A stretch of DNA of 64,000 bases from a virus, in IMG/VR virus record IMGVR_UViG_3300032431_000003, positions 1-64,000 of that record; one strand, written 5' to 3'. A program made the translations under genes and the position numbers. Of the stretch, positions 19,007 to 28,980 are shown one piece after another (the stretch's first letter is position 1; every line of letters starts with the position of its first letter). Below the pieces are notes generated by a model that worked only from the letters and a program-made list of their open reading frames with translations, made no database searches and was not told the origin of the DNA.

Positions 19007-19342
19007 TCAGTTTTCCAGATTCGATATCTGAATTGAGCCGGAAATCGAAACTTGAATATCTTCTTTTGGCTGATCACTTGCTTTCCATCCGCAAATCCTC
19101 AAGCCTTCGGCTGAATATTCGATCATTCCCTTAGCTCTGAATTTGTCCAAAGCATAGTCCCAAGTCTCTGTCGATATTCTTATTCTCTCGCAGATAACAC
19201 GAGGCTTTAAGTCAACCGTCCCTTCGGGTTGTCCTTGACTAGCTAGGCACAAAACCTTGAACCAGATAAGTTGTTCAGAATCGCTCATTGTATCCGTCAC
19301 CGGATTATCAATGAATTCTAAGTATAGCTGCGACCATCTCAT
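19007..19342 (-). CDS. Stand-alone phage replisome-organizer N-terminal (winged-helix) domain
   Basis: W..LY.EF.DNP..IWFKVLCLA..G.V..L.KF..KGMI..I.GW pattern. Confidence 0.65.
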   Translation of the reverse strand: MRWSQLYLEFIDNPVTDTMSDSEQLIWFKVLCLASQGQPEGTVDLKPRVICERIRISTETWDYALDKFRAKGMIEYSAEGLRICGWKASDQPKEDIQVSISGSIQISNLEN

Positions 19343-19400
19343 AGGAAAACCTTGTTAAATTAGAAGCCCCGCATCTTCAGATCGGGGAGTGCCAAGGGCT

Positions 19401-19574
19401 TCATCTCCAAGTTGAACTTTGACTAGAGATTACTTGCCCTGAACCCAGTGGGATTTCTCGGACAACGTTGCCATCATAGAGTATCTGTACCTTGTTGCCG
19501 AGATCTTTGTAAGTAAACCTGTCTTTGGTTATATAGTCGAACTTCTTTATCAGTGAATCAGGGGTGATATTCAT
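19401..19574 (-). CDS. 57-aa hypothetical protein (below ORF-track cutoff)
   Basis: MNITPDSLIKKFDYITKDRFTYKDLGNKVQILYDGNVVREIPLGSGQVISSQSSTWR; GAGGT RBS. Confidence 0.55.
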   Translation of the reverse strand: MNITPDSLIKKFDYITKDRFTYKDLGNKVQILYDGNVVREIPLGSGQVISSQSSTWR

Positions 19575-19587
19575 TGGGAAACCTCGG

Positions 19588-19648
19588 TGGTATAATTAAA
19601 CCACTAGTCCGGCGAAGGATGTTTGACTCATCCCTGCCGTTAATCAAC
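19588..19648 (+). promoter_or_regulatory. Extended -10 (TGgTATAAT) followed by leader hairpin GGATG-tttgact-CATCC and AATCAAC
   Basis: Same architecture as 20738-20789. Confidence 0.55.
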
Positions 19649-19685
19649 TAGCAATATTTTCACCCGTAAGAGGCGGGTTACTTCT

Positions 19686-20426
19686 ATGACTAATATAGTA
19701 CGCTTTGATGACTTTGTTGACCCTGAAATCGAAGTTAGCGATGCTGGTAATCTGGATAGTCGCTACTGGACCAAGGAAGAGTCTGACTTTTTGGAATCTT
19801 TAGTGGGAGAGTATCCCATAGAACTCTTGATGGGCAAGCTGCGGGAATACTGGCAAAAAAATGGAATGCGAACCCGAACGAGAGGTGCGATCAGGGTCAG
19901 GATTCATAATAAAAAACAGAGCACAAGGAGCCAATTAGACAACTACTCCCAGAGGCAACTAGGCGCACTGCTAGGAATAGGGCGCAAACGATTAAGCAGG
20001 ATATTGGTTGAGGTGAAGGGTTTGGTTAAGCTCTCTAGCTGCTCCGCTATCTCTCGGAAGCAACTGAAGAAACTAATAATGGAACGTCCCGATTTGTTCG
20101 CTGAACTGGACGCTGACGCTCTCTATTTCACGATAGGGGGAGAGAAAGAAAGCCCAACATTTTTTAATTACTGCAAGCAAGTATCTTCTCTTCTCTATAC
20201 ACGCCCCAACACCCCAAGGCGGGTGAGGCTCCTGAATACGGGGGAAATATTTGACAGCCTGAGTTTGGCATCCGCAGCTTCATTCTGCTCTAGACATTCC
20301 ATTAGCAGGGTGTTAGCTAAGAAAGTAGAAAGTTCTTGTGGGCTGAGGTGGGAATATGTTGATCGCACCCAAGCGGACAAACCAAAGATTGATACAATCT
20401 CATCAGCAACCAAGGTCTCCTTATGA
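19686..20426 (+). CDS. DNA-binding protein: Myb/HTH-like N-terminus and NUMOD1-like C-terminus
   Basis: YWTKEESDFL..RTRGAIRVR; NTGEIFDSLSLAS..ISRVL..GLRWEY. Confidence 0.65.
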   Translation: MTNIVRFDDFVDPEIEVSDAGNLDSRYWTKEESDFLESLVGEYPIELLMGKLREYWQKNGMRTRTRGAIRVRIHNKKQSTRSQLDNYSQRQLGALLGIGRKRLSRILVEVKGLVKLSSCSAISRKQLKKLIMERPDLFAELDADALYFTIGGEKESPTFFNYCKQVSSLLYTRPNTPRRVRLLNTGEIFDSLSLASAASFCSRHSISRVLAKKVESSCGLRWEYVDRTQADKPKIDTISSATKVSL

Positions 20427-20680
20427 ATTTATTAGAGGTATTGATATTAATAAATTCAGGGCTTTCTAGTAACGACAAAAGCTCTTTGCTTATTTATCAT
20501 AGTTGTGATCAATCCGTACCAGCAGGGGCAATTCCCTATGGGACTGGGTTCCCAAAGTTACCTTGGTACTGCCCTTTATGTAAAAAGTCTGTAGATAATT
20601 ACGCTGAGTTGTCTTTTGATATTACGGTCGAAACACTTGATCTAGAGGTGGGTGCGATTGTCCAAGAAAACAAAGACTAG
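20423..20680 (+). CDS. Small putative zinc-ribbon protein
   Basis: HSCD and CPLC motifs. Confidence 0.55.
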   Translation: MNLLEVLILINSGLSSNDKSSLLIYHSCDQSVPAGAIPYGTGFPKLPWYCPLCKKSVDNYAELSFDITVETLDLEVGAIVQENKD

Positions 20681-20737
20681 CCTCGTTCCCCAAGGACAAT
20701 TATCTCTTTCTTGGTTATGCTTTGGGGTCGTAAATTC

Positions 20738-20789
20738 TGGTAAAATATTAGAGCGCAGATGCCTGACAAGCATCTGCTAACCAATCAAC
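20738..20789 (+). promoter_or_regulatory. Extended -10 (TGgTAAAAT) followed by hairpin GCAGATGC-ctgacaa-GCATCTGC and AATCAAC
   Basis: Perfect 8-bp inverted repeat at 20755-20777. Confidence 0.55.
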
Positions 20790-20805
20790 CTAAAACACAG
20801 GTATC

Positions 20806-21504
20806 ATGGCTAAGAATAATTCTACATCAAGAGCAGTCGTAGCTCCAGTTAAGATTGGACACATCAAAATCAAAGGGTTGATGCTTCCAGATGGGAGCTT
20901 TGCGATTGGAGTTTCACAGGTTGCAAGCCTGTTTCTGATCGACAGCGAACAAGCCTCTAGACGATTCAAAGCCTTGCTGGGAGGGGATTTCCAGTTCGAC
21001 AAGGCTGCTAGTGAACTGAATCCCAAGGCTGTTAATATCTTGACACTCCCTGAGTTTGAGTTACTCATCCAAAAGCTCGATCGGTCAGGGAATATCCCCG
21101 CACAAGAGTTTAGAGACTCACTAACTGGTCTCGCTCTTCATCAACTTTACTGCGATGCTTTCGGCGTGAAGTTTGAACAGCAAGATCGACAGCTATGGCT
21201 AAAGGAGCGTCAAGATGGCAAGTTCTATCGCCGATCACTCACCGACGCTACGAAGTACCTCATCGATCAGGGTGAATCATTGAATTACGGCTACATTACC
21301 TTGCAGACCTATGAGGCGTGCCATCTCCTCCTTGAATACCGTGCTTACAGAAAGGAGATCAAGGACAGTCGCTTCCGAGATACCCTAGGTGATATTGATC
21401 TGCGGAAGATATCAAAATTCGAGGAATTAACGGCTGACTATGTTTTGGTGGACAATCTACCGATTGATCAGTCAATGGCAAAAGCTGCCAGGTACATTCG
21501 TTGA
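20806..21504 (+). CDS. Antirepressor-like DNA-binding protein of cyanobacterial mobile elements
   Basis: IG.I.IKGLMLPDGSF..SQVA and R..GK.YRRSLTDA motifs, recalled family. Confidence 0.55.
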   Translation: MAKNNSTSRAVVAPVKIGHIKIKGLMLPDGSFAIGVSQVASLFLIDSEQASRRFKALLGGDFQFDKAASELNPKAVNILTLPEFELLIQKLDRSGNIPAQEFRDSLTGLALHQLYCDAFGVKFEQQDRQLWLKERQDGKFYRRSLTDATKYLIDQGESLNYGYITLQTYEACHLLLEYRAYRKEIKDSRFRDTLGDIDLRKISKFEELTADYVLVDNLPIDQSMAKAARYIR

Positions 21505-21559
21505 CACTACAACAGCAACGTAACCAAAGCAAAGGCTAAGAAAATACAGGAGCAAAAAA

Positions 21560-22225
21560 ATGACAGTAGTACAAGTAGTACGACATGAAGGCAGCCACTG
21601 GACAAAGACTTTTACAATAGTATCAATGGAAGGGGCTGAAGATGTTATCCGCACTGACAGAGATGGGACATACAGGGTTAAGTGGACTGAACAATTAGAG
21701 CTAGACAACACCATCCAGATCGAGCTTCCCGGAATCCCTGAACCCATCTCTGTGATCGCACCAAAGATTTTAAACGCTCGATTCCCGTCCAGAATGAGAA
21801 TGCAGTTTCACCCCTCTTGGCAAAAGCTCCGAGACAACTTCTACGACCGAACCAAGCCCGATTACACTAATCACGAACTTTACCAGATTAGTGGGTACAA
21901 CTCACTTATTTGGGAGGCGACCGGAATTCTCCTATATATGCCTAGCGGTGGTACGCCGGGAATGTGGGCGGGTGACTACAAGGAGATCGTTGTAGTCCCT
22001 GAACACGAAGAGTTCTGGGAAGAAGGCGGCGGAAGGTACTATGTTTGGGATAGATGGGGCGATCTTCTGCAAGACCTTATCTCAGGAGAGCTCAGAGACT
22101 TGATTGACGAAGAGAAACTCCCTAGGAGTTATGACGGCAAGCCCCCGGACATCGAGGCTACGTTTCAACTTTTGGCAGAGAGAGTTAAGGACAAGGTAGC
22201 CATGTTGGACGAGTGGGAAGACTAG
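21560..22225 (+). CDS. Hypothetical protein, distant paralog of 13544/14114
   Basis: ISVIAPKILN..MRMQFHPSWQKLRDNFY. Confidence 0.75.
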   Translation: MTVVQVVRHEGSHWTKTFTIVSMEGAEDVIRTDRDGTYRVKWTEQLELDNTIQIELPGIPEPISVIAPKILNARFPSRMRMQFHPSWQKLRDNFYDRTKPDYTNHELYQISGYNSLIWEATGILLYMPSGGTPGMWAGDYKEIVVVPEHEEFWEEGGGRYYVWDRWGDLLQDLISGELRDLIDEEKLPRSYDGKPPDIEATFQLLAERVKDKVAMLDEWED

Positions 22226-22316
22226 GGGGCAGATTCTGCATACCTCATATCTGAGTAATGTAGAATCCCTCGAAATCAAGGAATTCCCGCAACAGCTAAA
22301 ACAAGGAGAGACGAAG

Positions 22317-22784
22317 ATGACCACTAACGAATTAATTCAAGAAATAACTTCCCGTTTCGCTGAACTCAAAACCCTTCCGGTGACTAATACATCCGCAGTA
22401 ACTATACTACGAAGATGGCTAGGGCAACTCAATGCTTTGGATAACAATGCCGAAGCTAACAGTCTAAAGGCTGAGATTGACAGTAGAATTGCCTTGTATC
22501 TGTACGTTGGGCAGAAGGTTTCTCTCAGAGGACAGTTCAACTATGACGGCGAAGTCATAGATATCTTAGTCACTATCACTGAATTCAGGGAAGACCCAAG
22601 CAAGAGAGATCAGATGCTTGTTGACTACCGAATGGATAAAAGAAGTGTCGGCTGCACCCTTCTCGATGGGGCGGAGACCATGCTCTCGCTGGGCAAGGGG
22701 TGGAAGATCGTTTATCACGTTGAAACCGAAAGAGATGCTAACCCCGTCCTAACTGTAGAGCGAATAGTTCCACCTCAAAGTTAA
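22317..22784 (+). CDS. Hypothetical protein
   Basis: AAGGAG RBS. Confidence 0.7.
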   Translation: MTTNELIQEITSRFAELKTLPVTNTSAVTILRRWLGQLNALDNNAEANSLKAEIDSRIALYLYVGQKVSLRGQFNYDGEVIDILVTITEFREDPSKRDQMLVDYRMDKRSVGCTLLDGAETMLSLGKGWKIVYHVETERDANPVLTVERIVPPQS

Positions 22785-22786
22785 CT

Positions 22787-25700
22787 TCAAGGTAAATTCC
22801 GCCTCGTAATCACCCCGTCTCCAATGATCTCGCCGAGGGGATAGCTCCCTGAGAACACCCTGCTTGTAATGACCTTCTCCTCCTTCTGCCCCTTCTCTGG
22901 AACTCTGACCTTGCGGAAGGTGTCCATAGGGAAAGGTCTGTCTAAGCCAACGGATAACTGTGTAGCGGCATTGGGGACGGTGAGTACAACGCTTCCTCCG
23001 AAGCCATCAATGTTTACGGTGTTACTGATTGAGAGTATCCTTCTTTGTCTAGAAGAATAATTGCAGGCATAAATCAACCTGTCTCCCGGTCGGTAGGTAG
23101 TAGAAAATGGGACGCTGAAGTTCTCCTTAGTCCCGCCATTCCAGTTTTCAATAGTTGCTTCAGTTCTGACCCCTACAAGAGCTTGCCCCAAATTCTTTGC
23201 ATGGGGATAAGAAAGTGAGCCACCTTCAAGGTCTCTCTTGTTTCCATAGTAATCATCGATACCAGAGAAGACAAAGTGGTCGAAAGTATTCTTCTCCTTT
23301 TGAGCGGCAACCTTATCATCGCCACCATTCTTCGCTTCCGACTCAACCTTCTCCCATAGCGGCGGCAACTTAGTGCCAATGGGTGGTCTTCCTTCCTTTA
23401 GGCTGAAAGTAGTGTCCTGAAGACTGTTAACAAATTGCGAGTCTTGGGAACTGAATTTAGCCATATACTCCCTGTACTTGTCGTCTTCTTTGCTGTTCAA
23501 TGTATCCGGTGACTCTTGATGAAAGGACTTTGCTCCCAGTGCGGAAAACAGTCCCGGACTACGGAAGCCCTTGGGGAACTGAGTGTTCTTGCTCGTCAGG
23601 ATAAGTAAGCTCCGCCGATGAAACTCTTCCTTTCCGCAAGTCAATGGAGGCAGTGGTCCTCCTTCTCCTCCTGTGAGTGGATTGCGAATCCATGCTAGAG
23701 AATTTGAGTGCATCGTCTCAAAGAGAACTATGTACGGCTCAACAAACATAGGATCAACAGCAAAACGCCATTCTGAACGACCACCAGGAAGGCAGACCTT
23801 GTAGTTGGTCTGGGTATTGATTTCAATATCCTTGTAGTAATCCCGCATGGGTTCAAGGTAATTACGCTGCTGGACTCGGACTGGGTTCCGGAAGAAGATG
23901 TATAGGTTAAATTCCTCACTACCAGTGGTAGTGTCGCCTCCTAGCTCTATTGTTTCAGGTTTTGTGGCACTTTCTTGCTTGTAACGACTCAACTCCCAGC
24001 CATCGGTGTCATAGCCTAGTTGGTAGCCAGTGTCAGGGTCATAGATATATTTAGTGGTACTAGACCGAATCTGCTGCCAAAGAGGTGCACTATCGGCTCC
24101 GGTCAGCATTCCGGCAGCGTATATCTGCCAGCCATAAACCACGAAACCCCACTCTTCTACATAGTCTTCCAAGGGCAAACCGTCGAGAGTCGTAGTCTTT
24201 TTGTAGGTTTTCCGTGGACCCGACAGATCAAAGCACACGGAGATATCTTTGATGAAGCCACTGTTTGCTGGGGGTGCATTCACTGCGTCATCCCCTTCTT
24301 CTGTTATTGACTTAACTCGTGCTTTACGTTTCCATCTGGGGACTGTGTACTCATCGCTTAATTGGGTATCTTCTTTCTTGGCTTCATCCCCAGAATCGGA
24401 GGTATCACCCCACTCCAACTTGTAAGGTGGATCGTAGAGTTTAGCCCACTTGTAAAGCTGAGTATTCTCGGCATTCGCTGTAGGCACAGGGGCAGGGATG
24501 GGAACGGCGGGGATGATCGATCCATCTGGGTGGGGGTGAAACGACCCGCCTCCACTAAATGTTCTCGGTCCCATACTGCCAGCCAAGGTAGTCTGAATGT
24601 CCGAGAGTAGCCTTCCCTCACTCAGAAAATGTTGAGGAACAGAGTTGATACCTATAGCTTCCACGCAGCCGGGGTTGTTGTAATTAGCGAAGCAACCATT
24701 CCCAGTGATTCGTAGCCTTGAAGTGAATTCGCTGCTGAACGTTGTCATCGCAGTTGTCGGTGTGTCTCTGGGAATCTTGACTGCTAAACCTGGTCCACAA
24801 TAAGCTCCTCTAGCAGAATTAGCTATAGCCCCCAGCGATGTCTCCGAAGCTAAGCCTTGAGAGCTTCCTTGTCCACTTGAGTTGTTAAGCAGCAAGCAAT
24901 TAGGATCAATGCCTGAGACAGATTCCGAACTCTGCATTTCCCCACCCCGAAGCCTTACTTGGCGATCCACCCATACCTCATGGCGACCACCTAGGGATAC
25001 ATTGACTTCAAGGAGTCTCTGAGGACTATTGCTTGCCATCGTTTCCTTGAAAGACAATCCATTTACCCTGTAACCAATGCCAAACACAGTAAACTCTGTC
25101 CCTTCGCTAAGCTGCGCCATTGCTAAGTCACGGTACTGGGCGTAGGTAACAAAATTGAAACTTGCTGATGGATGCCCCTCGAAAGATAGGGTCCAGCTAA
25201 ATTGACCCTTGACGGGGAAGCGATAAAACAAGTCGGGGTAAGGCGGACTTAAATAGTTGGTAGGTAAGAATGTCTGAGGCGGAATCACAACCAGAGCTTC
25301 TGGAGGCGGTAGATTCCCTGGAGGCAAAGCAATGGAGATCGAAGGAATCCCTGGAGTCGGAGATAGCCCTGAGCCAACGGGGTTATAGATGAAAGTCCGA
25401 GGTGGAATAACGGGGACTCCGCCAGAGATGACAACTTCTCCTCCGTAAAGAGTGTAGGTAATCCCTGCAATAGTGATTGAAGTTGGGCTGGGAGTATTGT
25501 CCGGTAGTGGGACAACAACCGTAGTTCCCACGTAAGGAGGCAACTCTACCACCAGAGGAATTGCCGGGACTTCTCCTGGGGGAATGTCTTGAATTATGTT
25601 TACGAGCAATCCAGTGAAGGGGCTTGGTAGTTGGCTATTTAGTGGGCTATTGCAAACTTGTACCTCTATCGGTAATGGTGGCTGCTCCATTCCGTTTGCA

Positions 25701-26884
25701 TAGTGACCAACGGCTATCTCTGGGAGATTCGTTGTTACGGGGATACTCACGGCAGTATCAATGAGTTTCAATCCCCGATAGATTAGTCCATCACCGGAGA
25801 GTGTAACATCGAGAGTTGTTGCCCCAGTGACAGCTTGGAAGCCAGTGAATATTCCTGTAGAGCCATCACCAGCAATCCTAGCAAGAATACTTCCTGTCCC
25901 AGCCACGTAAGGTATCTGAACAAGAGTTCCTTGCCCTGAGATACCAATGGCAATAGCCCCAGTCCCAGCCACGTAGGGTATCTGAACTAGGGTTCCCTCG
26001 CCAGCTAGGATTAGGTCAATGTTTCCCGACCCAATAGCCGCTATCCCCAAGAGGATATTGCCAGTCCCATTTACCTGAGCAACTAGGCTCCCTGTTCCGT
26101 CCACGTAGGGTATCTGAGTCAGAGTTCCCTCGCCAACCAGGGCTAGGTCAATGTTTCCCGACCCAATAGCCGCTATCCCCAAGAGGATATTGCCATTCCC
26201 ATCTATTTGAGCGGCTAGTTCCCCTGCTCCATTTGCGTAGGGTATTTGAACAATGCCACCAGACCCAGCTACGGAAGCATCGATCACCCCTGATCCAGCA
26301 ATGACGTTCCCTAGGAATATTCCTCCAGTACCATCCGTTGTTAGATCAAGTACTCCAGAGCCAGTCAATTCAGGGACTAGGACTATCCCGCCGTTTCCAT
26401 CAATCCGTAAATCAAAGACTCCTATTCCATCTATCTGCGGTACGAAGGTTATGCCACCTTCTCCAGTAATTACGAGTTCACCAATCCCTGACGCTGAAGA
26501 GACAAGGACTAGTCCACCACTGCCTTCAATGATTACCTCGCCCGTGCCAAGGAGCCCGTTGCCAAGGAATATTCCGCCATCCCCCATCAGGGTTAATTGC
26601 CCCTCGCCGGAAACATTGACTCCAACGAAAAGATTCCCTTCGCCTAGAATCGGAATGCTGGTAGTCCCACCAGACACCTGTAATCCCGTGAAAAGAACTC
26701 CTTCCCCTAGGGCAGTAACAAGAATGTCAGCAGTTCCCCCGGATACCCGTAGTCCCGTAAAGAGAGTTCCTTCACCTGCCGCAAGAATCTCTCCACTACC
26801 TGAAACGGTGGAAGTGTCGTCTGACAGCCACCAATTCTCAAATGGGTCAAGACCAAGACTGAATGGTGAAGCGAAGTTGAGCAT
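22787..26884 (-). CDS. Large tail tip/hub-like protein with N-terminal Gly-rich beta repeats and Pro-rich linker
   Basis: ~1365 aa; C-terminal FSVPF..YRPGDRL..RILSISNTV hub-like ending; located in tail module. Confidence 0.6.
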   Translation of the reverse strand: MLNFASPFSLGLDPFENWWLSDDTSTVSGSGEILAAGEGTLFTGLRVSGGTADILVTALGEGVLFTGLQVSGGTTSIPILGEGNLFVGVNVSGEGQLTLMGDGGIFLGNGLLGTGEVIIEGSGGLVLVSSASGIGELVITGEGGITFVPQIDGIGVFDLRIDGNGGIVLVPELTGSGVLDLTTDGTGGIFLGNVIAGSGVIDASVAGSGGIVQIPYANGAGELAAQIDGNGNILLGIAAIGSGNIDLALVGEGTLTQIPYVDGTGSLVAQVNGTGNILLGIAAIGSGNIDLILAGEGTLVQIPYVAGTGAIAIGISGQGTLVQIPYVAGTGSILARIAGDGSTGIFTGFQAVTGATTLDVTLSGDGLIYRGLKLIDTAVSIPVTTNLPEIAVGHYANGMEQPPLPIEVQVCNSPLNSQLPSPFTGLLVNIIQDIPPGEVPAIPLVVELPPYVGTTVVVPLPDNTPSPTSITIAGITYTLYGGEVVISGGVPVIPPRTFIYNPVGSGLSPTPGIPSISIALPPGNLPPPEALVVIPPQTFLPTNYLSPPYPDLFYRFPVKGQFSWTLSFEGHPSASFNFVTYAQYRDLAMAQLSEGTEFTVFGIGYRVNGLSFKETMASNSPQRLLEVNVSLGGRHEVWVDRQVRLRGGEMQSSESVSGIDPNCLLLNNSSGQGSSQGLASETSLGAIANSARGAYCGPGLAVKIPRDTPTTAMTTFSSEFTSRLRITGNGCFANYNNPGCVEAIGINSVPQHFLSEGRLLSDIQTTLAGSMGPRTFSGGGSFHPHPDGSIIPAVPIPAPVPTANAENTQLYKWAKLYDPPYKLEWGDTSDSGDEAKKEDTQLSDEYTVPRWKRKARVKSITEEGDDAVNAPPANSGFIKDISVCFDLSGPRKTYKKTTTLDGLPLEDYVEEWGFVVYGWQIYAAGMLTGADSAPLWQQIRSSTTKYIYDPDTGYQLGYDTDGWELSRYKQESATKPETIELGGDTTTGSEEFNLYIFFRNPVRVQQRNYLEPMRDYYKDIEINTQTNYKVCLPGGRSEWRFAVDPMFVEPYIVLFETMHSNSLAWIRNPLTGGEGGPLPPLTCGKEEFHRRSLLILTSKNTQFPKGFRSPGLFSALGAKSFHQESPDTLNSKEDDKYREYMAKFSSQDSQFVNSLQDTTFSLKEGRPPIGTKLPPLWEKVESEAKNGGDDKVAAQKEKNTFDHFVFSGIDDYYGNKRDLEGGSLSYPHAKNLGQALVGVRTEATIENWNGGTKENFSVPFSTTYRPGDRLIYACNYSSRQRRILSISNTVNIDGFGGSVVLTVPNAATQLSVGLDRPFPMDTFRKVRVPEKGQKEEKVITSRVFSGSYPLGEIIGDGVITRRNLP
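25890..26250 (-). repeat. Intragenic tandem repeats (~66/132 bp; 22/44-aa GxGxxxQIPYV units)
   Basis: Near-identical blocks at ~25992-26063 and ~26124-26195. Confidence 0.8.
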
Positions 26885-26890
26885 CAAAAC

Positions 26891-27409
26891 CTAGGGGATA
26901 GGGGGAGTTGGAGGATTTACCTCATTGCTGGCGTAAGTAAAGAAGTTGGGATTGAAGCCACAGGACTCAAGGAGAGCTTCGGCTTCTGTGATTTCGGCGG
27001 GAGTAATGGGAGCATTCATTTGATCTAGCGTTACTTGTAATCCGAAGATTGCAAAGCCCAGAGACCGCTGATCCTGTCCGATGCCGATTACTTCGGATAT
27101 CTGCCCCATGATGCCATTAATTGCCAATGAAGTTACACGGAGCCCTTGCATTCTTTGAAACAACGAATTATCTTTCATTCGTTTTCCCAACTTGTCCCAG
27201 TAAGGAGGTGGATCATTTCTAATAATCAATTGCCCATTAACGTATTCAATGTCGAATATCTGACCCCACCAGTCGGGGATAACACCTTTTACCCAGCCAA
27301 GAGAGTCTAACTCTACGCTGTTCAAGGCATCTGCATTGGGGAGGGTTTCCTTGATCGCCTCCGAGCCACGATGCAAACCTGTTGAGAGTTCGTAATAGAT
27401 GGTAGCCAT
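26891..27409 (-). CDS. Hypothetical protein, possible tail-fibre accessory
   Basis: Position downstream of Gly-rich fibre gene. Confidence 0.55.
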   Translation of the reverse strand: MATIYYELSTGLHRGSEAIKETLPNADALNSVELDSLGWVKGVIPDWWGQIFDIEYVNGQLIIRNDPPPYWDKLGKRMKDNSLFQRMQGLRVTSLAINGIMGQISEVIGIGQDQRSLGFAIFGLQVTLDQMNAPITPAEITEAEALLESCGFNPNFFTYASNEVNPPTPPIP

Positions 27410-27411
27410 AA

Positions 27412-28254
27412 TTAACCAAAGAATCTTAGATGAATAAACCCATGCCCAGCCTGATCGTTGTTTGTGTTGCTAGTTCCCACGCCACCGCCGGGGTATCGAG
27501 GATCGGTATTGAGAGGGGGTGTTGCTCCTACGCCTTGACTGGTAAGCGCAGAGGTTCCCCCGGCAAACCCAGAGCCGCCAGCACCGCCAGAGGAATTACC
27601 ACCACCACCACCACCAAAGAGACCACCGCCACCAGAGCCTCCATAGAGTGATCCGTTACCGCCTTGGAAAGCGGAGCCAGCAGTCCCACTCAGGGAACCT
27701 GCACCACCAGCAGACTGAGTGCCACCACCGCTAGTTCCCTGCCCTACTCCACTTCCTCCAGTGGTTCCCCCGCCTACACCGCCCGTCGATCCTGCATTGT
27801 AACTAGCACCACCCCCACCACCCGCCGTAGCTAATTCGGTGGAGGTTCTACGAATTGCGCTTCGACCACCTCCTCTGCCGGAAAAGGAGCTACCATCCCC
27901 AGAGCAAGACCCAGAGCCGCCGTAGCCACCCGCTCTGCTTTGGATTGAGGCAGTTGTACTTAAGCCACCCTGCCCTATGATGGCAATCAGTGACTCCCCG
28001 CCAGTGACAGTAAGGATTCCCGTGGTCGCCCCGCCAGCCCCGCCTCTGATTGGGGTAATATTAGTTGCCCGACTCCCCGCCGCACCCCAAATAATATATT
28101 CACAAGAACTGTACCCAGCAGGAACCAAGATATCCTGATCTGCCCCCGTGTAAGCATAAGTCTGAATAATCTCAGGTAAAGGGGGCAAGTCCTGACTGCT
28201 GAATAGCGAGACTGTCCGTGTGCCACTCTGTTGTCCAAGGCTATGTCTAAACAT
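27412..28254 (-). CDS. Glycine-rich domain tail fibre / receptor-binding-like protein
   Basis: YTGADQ..VPAG..IWGAAG, GGGGG tracts, terminal GHGFIHL. Confidence 0.7.
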   Translation of the reverse strand: MFRHSLGQQSGTRTVSLFSSQDLPPLPEIIQTYAYTGADQDILVPAGYSSCEYIIWGAAGSRATNITPIRGGAGGATTGILTVTGGESLIAIIGQGGLSTTASIQSRAGGYGGSGSCSGDGSSFSGRGGGRSAIRRTSTELATAGGGGGASYNAGSTGGVGGGTTGGSGVGQGTSGGGTQSAGGAGSLSGTAGSAFQGGNGSLYGGSGGGGLFGGGGGGNSSGGAGGSGFAGGTSALTSQGVGATPPLNTDPRYPGGGVGTSNTNNDQAGHGFIHLRFFG

Positions 28255-28972
28255 AAATAGCCCCCACTGCATAAATATTCACTACGCTTGCCACGGAAGC
28301 CCTCGCCCTGATTGATCGAGCCAAGTCTTCATAGCAAACTTGGAACGGATAAGAGAAGTCAAGAACCGCCCCAGCCGCTAAAGTTATCTCTAGGAATTCT
28401 TCGGCAAGAGCAGGAGTCCCTGGGCTATTGCCACTGGGATTAACCAGATGCCAGATTTCTACAAGTACGGCTGCCGTGTGGGTATTTGAGATGGATATCC
28501 CAGTTATGAAAGTTTTCTGGGATGCAGGGTTTTGGAACACGATGGAGGTACTAGCTCCCGTTCCTGTGCCGAGCAAGATCGGTTCTGCTAATCGAGTGGA
28601 GAAAGTTAGTTGGGATGCTACCGTGGATTCGATTGACCCGCACACCGTAGCCGTTACCACGTTATTCACTGTTGCCGAGGCGATTAAGGCTCGATTGGTT
28701 TCGGGGTAGCAATTAACTTGAGGAATTATCCAATTAAGAGTTGCCTTTGAAGCCAAGGTAAACTGAACTCGATAAGCCAGACTGGGGGAGCCAACATTCC
28801 CACTACTAGGAGGAATCCCATTCCAGAGGGTGACAGTCACGGGGGCTGTGTGGGAATTAAACAGAACCACCCCAATCACATAGCTAATCTGGCTGGCGGG
28901 GTTAGCCAATAGGGTCGTGTTGCTTGTCCCAATTAAGGCAGGTAAAACTAATTGTTTTTGGGCAATTGCCAT
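28247..28972 (-). CDS. Putative minor virion protein with internally duplicated beta domain
   Basis: Two NPASQ..N.HTA.V.V..W..G.P.LA units. Confidence 0.6.
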   Translation of the reverse strand: MAIAQKQLVLPALIGTSNTTLLANPASQISYVIGVVLFNSHTAPVTVTLWNGIPPSSGNVGSPSLAYRVQFTLASKATLNWIIPQVNCYPETNRALIASATVNNVVTATVCGSIESTVASQLTFSTRLAEPILLGTGTGASTSIVFQNPASQKTFITGISISNTHTAAVLVEIWHLVNPSGNSPGTPALAEEFLEITLAAGAVLDFSYPFQVCYEDLARSIRARASVASVVNIYAVGAIYV

Positions 28973-28980
28973 GAAAGACC

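Noticed and set aside
27412-28254. PE-PGRS or collagen-like host gene
   Set aside because: No PE domain or Gly-X-Y periodicity; matches Gly-rich phage fibre domain in tail context
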